From positions 2,272,001 to 2,336,000 of the forward strand of contig OY969801.1 in NCBI GenBank assembly GCA_963703225.1: DNA of 64,000 nucleotides, given 5' to 3'. How positions within the stretch are numbered: the stretch's first letter is position 1; the number at the start of each line of letters is the position of its first letter. The notes beneath the pieces were generated by a model that saw only the letters and a list, made by a program, of their open reading frames with translations, had not been told where the DNA came from and searched no databases. The DNA is from Candidatus Eiseniibacteriota bacterium (GTDB taxonomy: Bacteria > Eisenbacteria > RBG-16-71-46 > SZUA-252). The position numbers and the translations under genes were made by a program. Below, one piece after another: positions 1 through 9,813 of the stretch.

Positions 1-96
1 GCTGCACCCAGCGAGGTGCTCGCGGACTCGGATTTCCTCTTGCATCGAAAGCTCCCGGTCCAGGAGGCGCTGGACCTGTTCCTCGTCAAGGTGCAC
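1..96 (-). CDS. Anti-sigma factor, zf-HC2 (ZAS) type; N-terminal part only, runs off the window edge
   Basis: Manual translation from GTG at 96 (GAGGAGG SD upstream): MHLDEEQVQRLLDRELSMQEEIRVREHLAGCS, the start of an HxxxCxxC motif; overlaps the ECF sigma stop. Confidence 0.8.
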   Translation of the reverse strand, partial: MHLDEEQVQRLLDRELSMQEEIRVREHLAGCS

Positions 97-688
97 CGAA
101 TGCCTCCTCGTAGGCTTTCTGGAACGCCTTCCTCGCGCGGGCCAACAGAACCCCGACGCTCGCCTCGTTCATGTTGAGCGCCTCCGCGATCTCCCTGTAG
201 CGATACCCTTCCGCCTGGAGAAGCAGCATTCGCCGTTCCCGCTCCGGCACCCGCTCGAGCGCCGCGCGAACCCTTTGACGGGAAGCCCCCGCGGTAACCG
301 CCTGATCGGGCGAAGGCGGTGGGTCGGCCAATACGCCCTCGCTGCGCGTCGGCGTCAGAAGCCGAAGGCGCCGGCTCTGGGTGGACTTCGCGTTCCGCAG
401 CAGATTCATCGCGACGCTGATCAGCCAGGCCTCGGGCGCATCCGGTAGCGAGCCCCTCCGGTAGAGCTTCACGAAAGCCTCCTGGACGACGTCGGCGGCC
501 AAGTCGGGGTCGCTGGAGAGGCGATTTAGATACCGGTGGAGCTTCCGGAAGTGCCCATCAAAGAGGTCCGCGAACTGGTCGTGGAAGGACGGTTTCGCAT
601 CGGGCAACGGAGCGGCATCCTCCCGTCGGCGCGTCCGTGGGCCCGCCGACGACATGTCCCCGCACTGGGCTTGTCCCCATCCGTCCAC
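86..688 (-). CDS. ECF RNA polymerase sigma-70 factor
   Basis: Region 2 (AADVVQEAFVKL, AWLISVAMN) and region 4 (YREIAEALNMNEASVGVLLARAR); true start may be slightly downstream. Confidence 0.9.
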   Translation of the reverse strand: MDGWGQAQCGDMSSAGPRTRRREDAAPLPDAKPSFHDQFADLFDGHFRKLHRYLNRLSSDPDLAADVVQEAFVKLYRRGSLPDAPEAWLISVAMNLLRNAKSTQSRRLRLLTPTRSEGVLADPPPSPDQAVTAGASRQRVRAALERVPERERRMLLLQAEGYRYREIAEALNMNEASVGVLLARARKAFQKAYEEAFGAP

Positions 689-751
689 TCCTGCCTCCGC
701 AACGAGGAACCGGAGGCCAGGCGGTTTTGTGACAAGCCGGGAGCGTCCGGA

Positions 752-3019
752 TCAGAAATCCCAGTCGAGCCCAACGACGAGTGGAGCCAGCGGACGCATC
801 TCGACTCCGACGGGTTTGCCGGTCGAGACGTCGGGGGCGTACGTGAGCATGTTCTTCCGGCCGAGGATATTCGTGACCGTGCCGAAGAGTGCGAACGACG
901 CGGCACGTCCTCCGATGCCGAGGCGCCAGAGCTTTCGGACACCGAGGTCGACGCGGAAGTAGGCGGGCAGCGCCGTCGCCCCCAGCGATCCCCCGCCCTG
1001 GCGCGGGCTGCCGCCGAACTCGCATCCCTTATCCAGGAGGTTGCACGCTTCCCACTCGAAGCCGTCGGTGACGCTGGTCGTGCGGCGCCCCATGGCGGCC
1101 GCCGCGCCGACGCGGATGGAGGCCGTGGCGGTCGGAAAGACGATCACTCCTCCTTCCAAGAGATGCCTCGCCGCGCTTTCCGGGACGTAGCTCCCGCCGC
1201 CGTATGCGAGCCTCGCGAATTGCAGGCCGTAGCTCGCGACCACGTTATAGCCCGGAGCGGTTAACGCCGCGTCCGCGGTGATGCCCTGCGCATTTTCGGA
1301 TCCGACGGCTACGGCACCCGTTGCGAAAGGCTCGTCCTCCCACGGGGCAACGAGCAGCAGCCCGTTGGAATGGCGCTGGTACGCCTGCACCCCAACACGG
1401 ACGCCGCCCGAGGGGCGGTACTCGGCCGCGACCACTCCCTGATCGCACCGGGCGACCGGCACCCCTTTGGCCCCCGCGCCGACGTAGAGGTCGACCGGGA
1501 ACACATTGCCCACCACCGACTCCGCATTTCGGAGCGATTGAAAGAACTGGTGAGTTCGGGCGTAGCTGCCGGAGAGTGTGACCTGATTCGAAGCCTTCCA
1601 GATCAACTGCGCGTTGGGTCCCAGGTATGGCCCACCGCCGGTCACGGTAAGGAAGCCGCCCAGTCCCAATTCAAGACGTTGATCGAGCGCCCTCGAGTGC
1701 CGCGCGACGGCGGTGGCGAGCGGCCTCGTCGCCTCGACCCTCAAGGAGGGGCCACCCGTCGAATCGGATTCGACCCGATACGACGATCGGCTTTGCTCGA
1801 CGCGGATCTCGGCGATCGTGGTGGCGCGAGCTGAATTGTGCTGCACGCTTGCCAGAAAGCCTTTGTCGCGCCGGCCGGTTGCTATGTTCAAGGGCCTCGA
1901 GCGGGCAGCCCAAACGGAGCCCGCGTCCGCCAGCGCGTTCCACCCCAGGACGCGGATGGCGGTGCGCGTGAAGACGCGTCGCCATTGAGCCCCAATCGAC
2001 GCGCTGGACCACTCGAAATCGTTCCGGGTTGGGCTCTGGCTGGAGCCGTCCACCGCGGCCATGGCCGCGGCGGTGCTGAGGTCGTTCTCGTTGGCGTATC
2101 CGAGGAGGGAGACCCGACCGCCGAACGCCGGCGCCTCCATCTTAGCGAGCCAGTCGCCGACGTCGCCTTTCATGTAGGTCCCCTCGTCCTTGGGGGCCAT
2201 TCGGTCGGGAACCCCGGATCGAAGGCTGAGGAGGTAGCCCACCCCACCCTTGCCCAGCGGGCCTTCGAATGTGGCGCGCGATTGGAGCGTGCTGACGCTC
2301 CCCTGGGCGCGGACCTGACTCCCGGGCGTGCGCGTGGCTGCCTCGACGGTCCCCGCGAGCGCATAGGGATATCCGAGCGAGGGAGCTGCCGAGGAGAGGT
2401 GGAGGTTGGAGAGCGCATCGGGATTCCAGCCGCTGGCCATTCCGGCCGCGTGGTAGGGATTGAACACGGGGATACCGTCGAGCAGATACGCCGTCTCGTC
2501 CGAGGCGCCACCCCGGATTTGAACCCCGCTCGGTGACTCGGGCCTCAGAAAAACCTCGCCCCCGCTCAGTGCCTGGAGGGCGTCAGGCTCGGCCAGGAGG
2601 GGGTTGTTCCGTATCTCGGCTGATGAAAGGTCGCGGTCGGGGTACGCGGGCGCGCCCACGCCCCGGGACTCCGAGGAGAAGCCCGCAGCGAGGACGTCGA
2701 CGGCCGGAATCGGGACGGGGTCGGGAAGAAGCCAGACGTTGATCTCCAGCTCCCCCTCGCTCGGTACGATCGCTTGGAGGGAGCGCTGGGCGTAGCCGAT
2801 GAAGCGAACGGTGATCTGGTTGGGTCCGGCAGGGACGTCGCGGAGGTTGTAGTGGCCCGCGGAGTCGGAAGAGGTGGCCCGGTCGAGCGCGGACAGCGCG
2901 ACCTCTGCACCTTCGATGGGCCGGTGGGTCTGGGCGTCGCGCACCGTCCCGACGACCGCTCCCTGCGCCGCCTGCACCGCGAGCATGATCTGAAGCGCGC
3001 CCAAAACGAGGGACCTCAA
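752..3019 (-). CDS. TonB-dependent receptor with N-terminal carboxypeptidase-regulatory-like domain
   Basis: Signal peptide, GTVRDAQT..PIEGA domain, plug motif VQIRGG...YLLDGIPVFNPYH, C-terminal Phe; TTG start with GAGGAGG SD. Confidence 0.85.
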   Translation of the reverse strand: MRSLVLGALQIMLAVQAAQGAVVGTVRDAQTHRPIEGAEVALSALDRATSSDSAGHYNLRDVPAGPNQITVRFIGYAQRSLQAIVPSEGELEINVWLLPDPVPIPAVDVLAAGFSSESRGVGAPAYPDRDLSSAEIRNNPLLAEPDALQALSGGEVFLRPESPSGVQIRGGASDETAYLLDGIPVFNPYHAAGMASGWNPDALSNLHLSSAAPSLGYPYALAGTVEAATRTPGSQVRAQGSVSTLQSRATFEGPLGKGGVGYLLSLRSGVPDRMAPKDEGTYMKGDVGDWLAKMEAPAFGGRVSLLGYANENDLSTAAAMAAVDGSSQSPTRNDFEWSSASIGAQWRRVFTRTAIRVLGWNALADAGSVWAARSRPLNIATGRRDKGFLASVQHNSARATTIAEIRVEQSRSSYRVESDSTGGPSLRVEATRPLATAVARHSRALDQRLELGLGGFLTVTGGGPYLGPNAQLIWKASNQVTLSGSYARTHQFFQSLRNAESVVGNVFPVDLYVGAGAKGVPVARCDQGVVAAEYRPSGGVRVGVQAYQRHSNGLLLVAPWEDEPFATGAVAVGSENAQGITADAALTAPGYNVVASYGLQFARLAYGGGSYVPESAARHLLEGGVIVFPTATASIRVGAAAAMGRRTTSVTDGFEWEACNLLDKGCEFGGSPRQGGGSLGATALPAYFRVDLGVRKLWRLGIGGRAASFALFGTVTNILGRKNMLTYAPDVSTGKPVGVEMRPLAPLVVGLDWDF

Positions 3020-3101
3020 ACAACCTCCTCGGCTCCAGGAACGGGACGGCCTCGGCTGGCAGGATGAACCAACTCAAGTCTATACGATTGGTTACAGAGT
3101 T

Positions 3102-4082
3102 CTACTCGGAGTTTGCTCTTCCGGTTCCGGGCAGGCGGGGCCGTTTCCTTGCGTTTCTTCGGGAGGGGCCTTGAGCGACGCGGCGGGGCCGGCGACGGTG
3201 GTCCCACGGGACCAGGGCTAGCGCGCTGCTCGAGCGCCAGACATCGACCAGGTCGGCCGCCACGGTGTCCGCAACCGCGCGATCTCCCCAGTAACCGAGG
3301 TGGGAGAGCGGATTCCAGCGGGCGAAGATCGATCCCACGTCGACCGGCCGATCTTCGGTCACCGCCGCGCGATAACGCGCGCAGAGCGATTTCAGGGGAT
3401 AGCCGACGACGTCGTCCGGGTCATACAGATTGATCCACTTGGGAACGAGGCCCGGGTGGTGTCGCGAGAGAGCGCGCGGCGGAAACTGGATGGGATCCCC
3501 AAAGTGGGGATAGCGGAGGCCCCAGAGCGCGATGGGGCTCCCCATCGTGTAGAAGAGGGTAAACGTCTCGCCCTGTTCCATCGGCGTCCGTCCGATCGCC
3601 GAGCGGACGTGGGGACAGAGGAACGAGCGGCGGCGCTTGCCCAAATCGTAGATGTAGTTGCTTGCGATGACCGTCCCCAGACTGTGGGCGATCAGGCAAA
3701 GCGGGGCCCTTGGCCCGGCGCGGGCCGCGAGCCGGCCCAGGCCCTCGGCCACCTCGTGGTGCACCGCGTCATAGGCGGACCGGTTCGACGGGACCGGCTG
3801 ATACGCGATCGCGTCGGCGGCGAAGTCGATCATGAAGTGGCGGAGCCGCCCGTAGTGCATCGCCCCGGCCGGGACCAGCTGGCGCCAGAGCCGATCCTCC
3901 CGGCTTTGGAGCGCCTCGCTCCAATTGATCTCCTCGAAGACGAGCTGCGACGCGGGATCGTCCGACTCGCGGCCGATGCGCGCGGCGAACCGGCGCAAGA
4001 GGGCGCGCTGCATGGCGGCCGAGTACCCCGGATGGGTTCGACCGATTCCGTGGATGAAGGCGATGGCGATTGGGTGCGGCAT
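3102..4082 (-). CDS. Alpha/beta-hydrolase-fold protein (lipase-like)
   Basis: FIHGIG oxyanion motif, IAHSLG nucleophile elbow, TMGSP, DPDDVVG and late SHLGYW His. Confidence 0.7.
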   Translation of the reverse strand: MPHPIAIAFIHGIGRTHPGYSAAMQRALLRRFAARIGRESDDPASQLVFEEINWSEALQSREDRLWRQLVPAGAMHYGRLRHFMIDFAADAIAYQPVPSNRSAYDAVHHEVAEGLGRLAARAGPRAPLCLIAHSLGTVIASNYIYDLGKRRRSFLCPHVRSAIGRTPMEQGETFTLFYTMGSPIALWGLRYPHFGDPIQFPPRALSRHHPGLVPKWINLYDPDDVVGYPLKSLCARYRAAVTEDRPVDVGSIFARWNPLSHLGYWGDRAVADTVAADLVDVWRSSSALALVPWDHRRRPRRVAQGPSRRNARKRPRLPGTGRANSE

Positions 4083-4165
4083 GATGAACCCCTTGGGATT
4101 ATCGGCAGAGGGGTCCAGGGGTTGAGGGGATTCCCAGAGGCTCGTTCGTGGGATAGGGTTGCGGG

Positions 4166-4447
4166 ATGGCCTTCCAGGGGAATTGGCTTGCTCGAAGGCG
4201 GTCAGCGCGGTGGATCGCGGTGCTCGCCGACGTGTTTCAGATCGTGGTCTTCCCCGCCTTCTTTCCTGGGATCGTGTCGCCGCTCAACGACATTCTGGAC
4301 GTGGCCGTCGCGATCGTGATGGTCGCCCTCGTCGGATGGCACATCGCGTTCCTTCCCACGTTTCTCGCGGAGCTGGTGCCGGGGATCGGGCTCTTCCCCA
4401 CCTGGACGATCGCGGTTCTTTTCGTCACGAGGAAAGAGCCGAACTAG
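4166..4447 (+). CDS. Small hydrophobic membrane protein of unknown function
   Basis: 93 aa, several hydrophobic segments, ELVPGIGLFPTWT motif. Confidence 0.6.
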   Translation: MAFQGNWLARRRSARWIAVLADVFQIVVFPAFFPGIVSPLNDILDVAVAIVMVALVGWHIAFLPTFLAELVPGIGLFPTWTIAVLFVTRKEPN

Positions 4448-4932
4448 GCTTGCGCTTCCCGAGAGCGGACCACCGCGAGTGCTTGGCGAACGGCGCCCAG
4501 GTGATACGCTGTGTGCACGACGATGGCCAGGGCGCCTCCGAGCGCGTCCTTGCCATCCCAGGTCTTGTCCGCCTCTAATAGCCGCACGACATTCTGGTGC
4601 TCCGCCCGAAGCTCCTGGCGGATCGCGTCCCACTCTTCGGACGAAACCGGCCGAGCCTGTCTCCAGATTTCGTTCCAATCGATGTTGTCGGTGGGCTCGC
4701 CCCGGATGACCCGCTGGAGCACTTGCAGATAGAAGGAGACATGCCTCACATGGGCGGCGATGGTTGCCGACCGGTCTGACGCGGCGCGTGACGCCTCGGC
4801 CGCGGTCACGGAATCTACAGTCTCGAAGAACGAAGTCCCCTTGTCGAGATAGATGCCGCGGTGCGTCGCGAACGTCTCGTCGAGGAGCTGATGAATTTCG
4901 AGTCGGAACTGCTCGACCGGAAGTTTCCGCAT
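4444..4932 (-). CDS. DinB/DUF664-like four-helix-bundle protein
   Basis: TIAAHVRH and HTAYHLGAVRQ His motifs; ATG at 4932 overlaps the upstream stop (TGATG). Confidence 0.7.
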   Translation of the reverse strand: MRKLPVEQFRLEIHQLLDETFATHRGIYLDKGTSFFETVDSVTAAEASRAASDRSATIAAHVRHVSFYLQVLQRVIRGEPTDNIDWNEIWRQARPVSSEEWDAIRQELRAEHQNVVRLLEADKTWDGKDALGGALAIVVHTAYHLGAVRQALAVVRSREAQA

Positions 4933-5567
4933 CAGGGCGTCTTGGGCCATCCCCATCCAAGCAAGACGCCGAACGTGACGCCTCCCGCCTTGACGGTTCC
5001 ACCGGGGATCGGAACGCCCGACACGCCCGTGTAGGGATTGAAGTCGACATCGACCACGCTGTAGCGCGCCGCGCCGCCGATGTTGAACGCCGTGCCCACG
5101 CGGTAGAACATTCCCGCTCCACCCCAGAAGCCGAACCCGCTCCCCTGGTCGCTCCCCGAGGTTCCCTGCTGGCTAACACTACCGTCCACCTTGGCGTGGG
5201 CCACGCCCGCGTTCACGTAGGGGTAGAACTTGTCCTTGGTCCACGTCTTGTTCAGGCCGAGGCCAAATTCGTAGGTTGTCGCCTCGAATGTGCCCTGGAC
5301 GCCGCTGAATGTGGCGGCCTTGTCTCCGGAGGATCGGGAGGCATAGACATCGAGATGGACCGGCCACTTGGCGGGGCCAAAGGCCCCCTCGACGCCGAAG
5401 CTCGCCTGTTTGTCGATGGGATCCCAATCGTCCGAGTCGAACACCTTCTGGCCGATCATGAAATTCACGTACCCGGGCCCGGCGTGAGACGGCGCCGGGA
5501 ACGAGAGGAAGCAAAGCATCAGCACCGTGGGCACGAGGGCCAGGGCAACGCGGTCCATCCTTGTCAT
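4932..5567 (-). CDS. Outer membrane beta-barrel protein (OmpA-like 8-strand family)
   Basis: GGAGG SD then ATG 5567, signal peptide, alternating aromatic/Gly strands (FYPYVNAGV, GFGFWGGAGMFY). Confidence 0.8.
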   Translation of the reverse strand: MTRMDRVALALVPTVLMLCFLSFPAPSHAGPGYVNFMIGQKVFDSDDWDPIDKQASFGVEGAFGPAKWPVHLDVYASRSSGDKAATFSGVQGTFEATTYEFGLGLNKTWTKDKFYPYVNAGVAHAKVDGSVSQQGTSGSDQGSGFGFWGGAGMFYRVGTAFNIGGAARYSVVDVDFNPYTGVSGVPIPGGTVKAGGVTFGVLLGWGWPKTP

Positions 5568-5749
5568 GGTTCCTCCGAATCGGGGCGCGTCGTAGGCGTG
5601 AGAAAGGGAACGGTACGGTCGGCGAGGCCCGCCGGCAAGCACGAAACACTTGGCGCCCCCCTCCCGTTCGGCTACCGTCCCGTGGACGCCCCCCGGAAGC
5701 CCCGGGCCAATGGCGTCACGTCTACTGGCTGCCACGGAGGGACCGCGCC

Positions 5750-6250
5750 ATGCAGAACGTCATTCGCAAGGGAAGGCTTCCCGCTCGGCTCACGCACCTG
5801 GCCCTCGCCCTCGTGCTGGTGATCTTGGCATCGGGTATGGGTGCCGCCCCGTCGCTCGCTGCCCCCATCGGTTGGAACGTCTTCGGCGGGTGGTACACCG
5901 ACGGGACCGACGACGTCATGGCCGGGGTGGGCGCGCGGATTGGCGCGGGAGGGATCACGGTCAATCCGAACGCGGAGTGGATCTTCGTCGACAGCGGCTC
6001 GAGCTACGCGCTGAACCTCGACGCGACGCTGACCGTGCTCCCTCTTGGAGCGGCATCCGGGTGGTTGGGCGCCGGGCTGGGGCTCTTCACGATTGATCCG
6101 GACAGAGGCGATTCCAATACCGATACGGTGGGCAACCTCCTCGCCGGGGTCGGATTGAACGCGATCCCGCTCAAACCATACGCGCAGCTCAAGTACGTGT
6201 TCCGAGACGGCGACGATCCCCTGGTGTTCTCGATCGGCGCGCGGTTCTAG
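5750..6250 (+). CDS. Small outer membrane beta-barrel protein
   Basis: GGAGG SD, signal peptide, amphipathic strands, C-terminal FSIGARF BAM-type signal. Confidence 0.75.
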   Translation: MQNVIRKGRLPARLTHLALALVLVILASGMGAAPSLAAPIGWNVFGGWYTDGTDDVMAGVGARIGAGGITVNPNAEWIFVDSGSSYALNLDATLTVLPLGAASGWLGAGLGLFTIDPDRGDSNTDTVGNLLAGVGLNAIPLKPYAQLKYVFRDGDDPLVFSIGARF

Positions 6251-6254
6251 ACTT

Positions 6255-7160
6255 CTACCGCTCCGCGAGCAGAGCCCGCTTGGCCCTGAAGAGCTCGCGG
6301 AGCCGCGCCGCGTCCACCCGCGGATACCGGAGATTCAACGAGGCCAACGCGTCGATGATGGCCGAGCTCACGACGACGCGGGTAAACCATTTGTTGTCGG
6401 CCGGGACGACGTACCAGGGCGCATCTTCGGTGGCCGTGTTTCGGATCGCGTCCTCGTAGGCGGACATGTAGTCCTTCCAATGCATCCGCTCCCGCACGTC
6501 CGCCGGTGAGAACTTCCAATTCTTCTCCGGAAGGTTGATCCGCTCCAGAAAGCGCCGCTTCTGCTCGGCCCGCGAGACATGGAGAAAGAACTTCCGCACC
6601 ACGACCCCGTTCTCTCCGAGGTAGCGCTCGAAGCCTCGAATATCTCGGAATCGGCTCTGCCAGATTTTCTTCGTGACGAGCTCGGGCGGCAGCATCTGCC
6701 TTCGAAGAAGCTCCTCGTGCACCCGAACGACAAGAACCTCCTCGTAGTACGACCGATTGAAGATACCGATCCTTCCCCGCTCCGGGAGCTGCTTGGCGCA
6801 CCGCCAGAGGAAATCGTGATCGAGCTCCTCCGCGGAGGGAGCCTTGAATGAAACCACGTGGCAGCCCTGCGGGTTGACCCCCGACATGACGTGCTTGATG
6901 GCTCCGTCCTTGCCCGCGGCGTCCATCGCCTGAAAGATGAGGAGGAGACCCCACCGGTCCTGGGCGTAGAGCATGTCCTGCAGCTCTGCCAGCGCCTGGA
7001 TGCCGACCTGCATGGTTTCCTTGACGCGCGGCCTATCCTCGGCGTGAAGGGATCCGGTGTCGCGCGGGTCCAAATCCCTAAGACGAAATCGCCGGCCGTC
7101 GGTGACCCGGAAGGGGCGCGACAGATCGCGCGCCCGCTTGATGAGGGCCTTGGGTTTCAC
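6255..7160 (-). CDS. ppk2: Polyphosphate kinase 2 family (polyP:nucleotide phosphotransferase, class III-like)
   Basis: Walker A QAMDAAGKDG, FNRSYYEEVLV, KNWKFS, APWYVVPADNKW. Confidence 0.93.
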   Translation of the reverse strand: MKPKALIKRARDLSRPFRVTDGRRFRLRDLDPRDTGSLHAEDRPRVKETMQVGIQALAELQDMLYAQDRWGLLLIFQAMDAAGKDGAIKHVMSGVNPQGCHVVSFKAPSAEELDHDFLWRCAKQLPERGRIGIFNRSYYEEVLVVRVHEELLRRQMLPPELVTKKIWQSRFRDIRGFERYLGENGVVVRKFFLHVSRAEQKRRFLERINLPEKNWKFSPADVRERMHWKDYMSAYEDAIRNTATEDAPWYVVPADNKWFTRVVVSSAIIDALASLNLRYPRVDAARLRELFRAKRALLAER

Positions 7161-7199
7161 GTCGCGTCAGATCTCCGCGTTGTCGCCGGACCGCTTCTC

Positions 7200-7796
7200 T
7201 TATCGAACCGCGACCGTGAAGCGCAGGGCCCGCTCCGGAACGTCCTTGGACCACGGCGGCAGGTACTCCAGCCGGACCGTCTGCTCGCCGGGCTTGACCG
7301 CTCTGAATTTCCAGGACTCCGTGCCGGTATCGCCCCCGTTCCCCTTCTTGGAGGCCGCCGGTGTGTAAACGGGGTCCCCCTCGCGCCGGAGCGCGCTCCC
7401 ACCGGTATCCCGCATCACCCATTGGTAGCCGTTGCCCCGGCTGGCGCGGAGCTTGACGAGGACCAAATCGCCGGGGTGAAGCTGGAGGTACTTGCCGTTG
7501 TCGGCCTCCGTCAAGAACCACCCTCCTGCGTTCTTGTGCCCCGTGGACTTGGCGCCGGCGGCGCTCGCGGACTTGGCGCTGCCGGTCCCCGCTGCAGTCC
7601 CTTTGGTGCCGGTAGCACTGCTGCCGGTGGACTTGCCGGAGGTGGTCTTGGCGCCGCCCTTGGCGGCCGTCGACGAGTGACCGGACCCCTGTCCTCCCGA
7701 TGCCTTCTTGGTCTCCGCTTTCTGCGAGTTGCCACAACCGGCGTTCGCCGCGAGAACGACCGCGGCGCAGATGAGAATCCGGCGATACAGTGTCAC
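7200..7796 (-). CDS. Lipoprotein with low-complexity linker and C-terminal chagasin/I42 protease-inhibitor-like domain
   Basis: GTG 7796 overlaps kynU stop; lipobox AANAG-C; G/S/T/K/A linker; TEADNG..L..GD...GYQW...GG...WKFRAVKPGE..LEY.PPW pattern. Confidence 0.75.
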   Translation of the reverse strand: MTLYRRILICAAVVLAANAGCGNSQKAETKKASGGQGSGHSSTAAKGGAKTTSGKSTGSSATGTKGTAAGTGSAKSASAAGAKSTGHKNAGGWFLTEADNGKYLQLHPGDLVLVKLRASRGNGYQWVMRDTGGSALRREGDPVYTPAASKKGNGGDTGTESWKFRAVKPGEQTVRLEYLPPWSKDVPERALRFTVAVR

Positions 7797-9027
7797 GATC
7801 TGCCTCCTTTTGTCCGTCCCTGACGAACAACCTCCTCCAGCGCATCCATCGCGGCTTCGAGCTGTCGGTCGGAAAGGTACGGTGCGGGACCCAGCCGAAG
7901 CAAGTCGCCGCGATGATCGGTGAGCACGCCGCGATCGTGAAGCATCCCGTAGAATTGTCCCGCTTGGGGGGCCCGGAGCGATAGAAAGCCACCGATCTGT
8001 TCCATCGGCGTGGCACGGTCCCTCGAGATGACCTTCGGGTCGGCGTCGAGCGCGTCGAACCGGCGCGCCAAGAGCCCGACTTGATGCTGGCTCACCGCGC
8101 GCAACAGGTCCGGCGTGAGGCGCTGCTCCTCGAAGAAGTCGAACACCCTCGAGGCGCGGTAATGGCTCGTCGGCTCGTACGTGGCCCCGGCCCACCGCGC
8201 CGGACCCTCGCCGTACTGCACACCCCGTCCCGGACCCGGAAACAGGTTCGCGAATTCGCTGAACCATCCCGTCAGCACGGGCCGGAGATCCTCCCGGCCC
8301 GGCGGAACCCGAAGATAGGCGTTTCCTTCGCCCAGCTGGCAATACTTATAGCCGCCGCCGACGATAAACGCCCCCTCCAGCCCGTCCGGCCCGATCGACA
8401 TCGGCACGATGTTCGCCTGATGGTATGCGTCCACGAGGAGCTCGGCACCGACCCGGCGGCAGGCCTCGAGCACGGAGCCTAAATTCCCCACGATGTGCGC
8501 GTTCCCGAATAGAACGGACGACGCAAGCACGGCCGCCGTCCGGTTGTTCACGGCCCCACGCAGCCGCTCGGCGACGGCATTCGCCGGCTCCGCGCTCACC
8601 TTGACCACTTCGATGATCTGCTCCTCGGCCAGGCGGTCGAGCTGGCGGCGGATCGTGTGGAATTCCCCGTCGGTGGTCACCAGGCGCGGCCGCTGCCGCA
8701 GGGGCAGCGCCGAAAGAAATCGGACGATCAATTCGTGGGTATTCTGGGCGAGCGCGATCTCGTCCTCGCGCGCCCCCAGGAGCCGCGCGTAGCCCTGCCG
8801 GACGCGTTGGGCCCTTTCACCGGCGCGCTCCCACTTGTCATCCACCAGGTCGGCGGCGTCGACCCAGGCGTCCACCTGCCCTTCGAACGCCACGTCGGGC
8901 CAGGCCTGATGCGAGTGGCCCGGTGAGGAGGAGCCGATCTTCGACCCGAAATCGCGAGTAATGGGCGGCCAGCGGGTTCGGGCTCCGGGTGAGGTCCTGG
9001 AGCGTCGGGCACGATGGCGAGGCTCAC
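7793..9027 (-). CDS. kynU: Kynureninase (PLP-dependent); 5' end has two apparent +1 insertions (~9008 and ~8920)
   Basis: VDAYH, GGGYKY (PLP Lys), TGWF; N-terminus restored across frames as VSLAIVPTLQDL...LLLTGHSHQAWPDV; GTG overlaps the kynA stop. Confidence 0.88.
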
Positions 9028-9806
9028 AGGTCCGTCCGGATCGCCCAGAGATCGGGAAATATCGGCTTGTTGAGGGTGGTCATTAGATATTCCGCTCCCT
9101 CCGATCCCCCGGTGCCTCGGCGCGTTCCGATCGTTCGCTGCACCATCTTGACGTGCCGGTAGCGCCATTCTTGAAGTCCCTCGTCCAGATCGACCAGACG
9201 CTCGCAGATCGAGGCGACCGCCGGATCGCGGCGATAGACGTCGATCAGGATCGACTGGAGCGAAGGCGACAGCTCGATCGGGGCTGACACGTCCCGCTCC
9301 AGCTGCTCTCGGGGGACGGGGAACCCGGAGGCCGAAAGAAAGCGGAGGAACGAGTCCCAGAGCGTCGGCTCCGCGATCCGGCGCTCGAGACGGCGGTGGG
9401 GATCGCTCCCCGGGGCATATCGCTTGAGCGCCGCGGCGTTCTTCATCCCGAGCACAAATTCCAATTCCCGGAATTGAAACGACTGAAATCCGCTCCCCGA
9501 CTCCAACCGCTCGCGGAACGAGAGGAATTCGAGCGGGGTCATGGTCTCCAGCACGTCGATCTGGGCGACCACGACTTTCAAAATGGTGAGCACGCGCTTG
9601 AGCGTATGGAGCGCGCGGGGAGCGTCCCTCCGCTCGAGCAGCGCCTTGAGGTAGTCCACCTCGTGGATCAGCTCCTTGAACCAAAGCTCGTAGACCTGAT
9701 GGATCACGATGAAAAGGGTCTCGTCGTGCTCGGGCCCATCCGATAGCGGCCGCTGCAGCGAGAGAAGCTCTTCGAGCTTGAGGTAGCTGGAGTACGTGAC
9801 GCCCAT
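9024..9806 (-). CDS. kynA: Tryptophan 2,3-dioxygenase
   Basis: YSSYL, HDETLFIVIHQVYELWFK, SGFQSFQFR, WRYRHVKMVQRTIG, GTGGS. Confidence 0.96.
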   Translation of the reverse strand: MGVTYSSYLKLEELLSLQRPLSDGPEHDETLFIVIHQVYELWFKELIHEVDYLKALLERRDAPRALHTLKRVLTILKVVVAQIDVLETMTPLEFLSFRERLESGSGFQSFQFRELEFVLGMKNAAALKRYAPGSDPHRRLERRIAEPTLWDSFLRFLSASGFPVPREQLERDVSAPIELSPSLQSILIDVYRRDPAVASICERLVDLDEGLQEWRYRHVKMVQRTIGTRRGTGGSEGAEYLMTTLNKPIFPDLWAIRTDL

Positions 9807-9813
9807 CGCAGCC

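Noticed and set aside
3102..4082. Alpha/beta hydrolase as the missing kynurenine formamidase
   Set aside because: It lies outside the kyn cluster, separated by unrelated and oppositely oriented genes, and lacks the HGG motif of Afmid-type enzymes.
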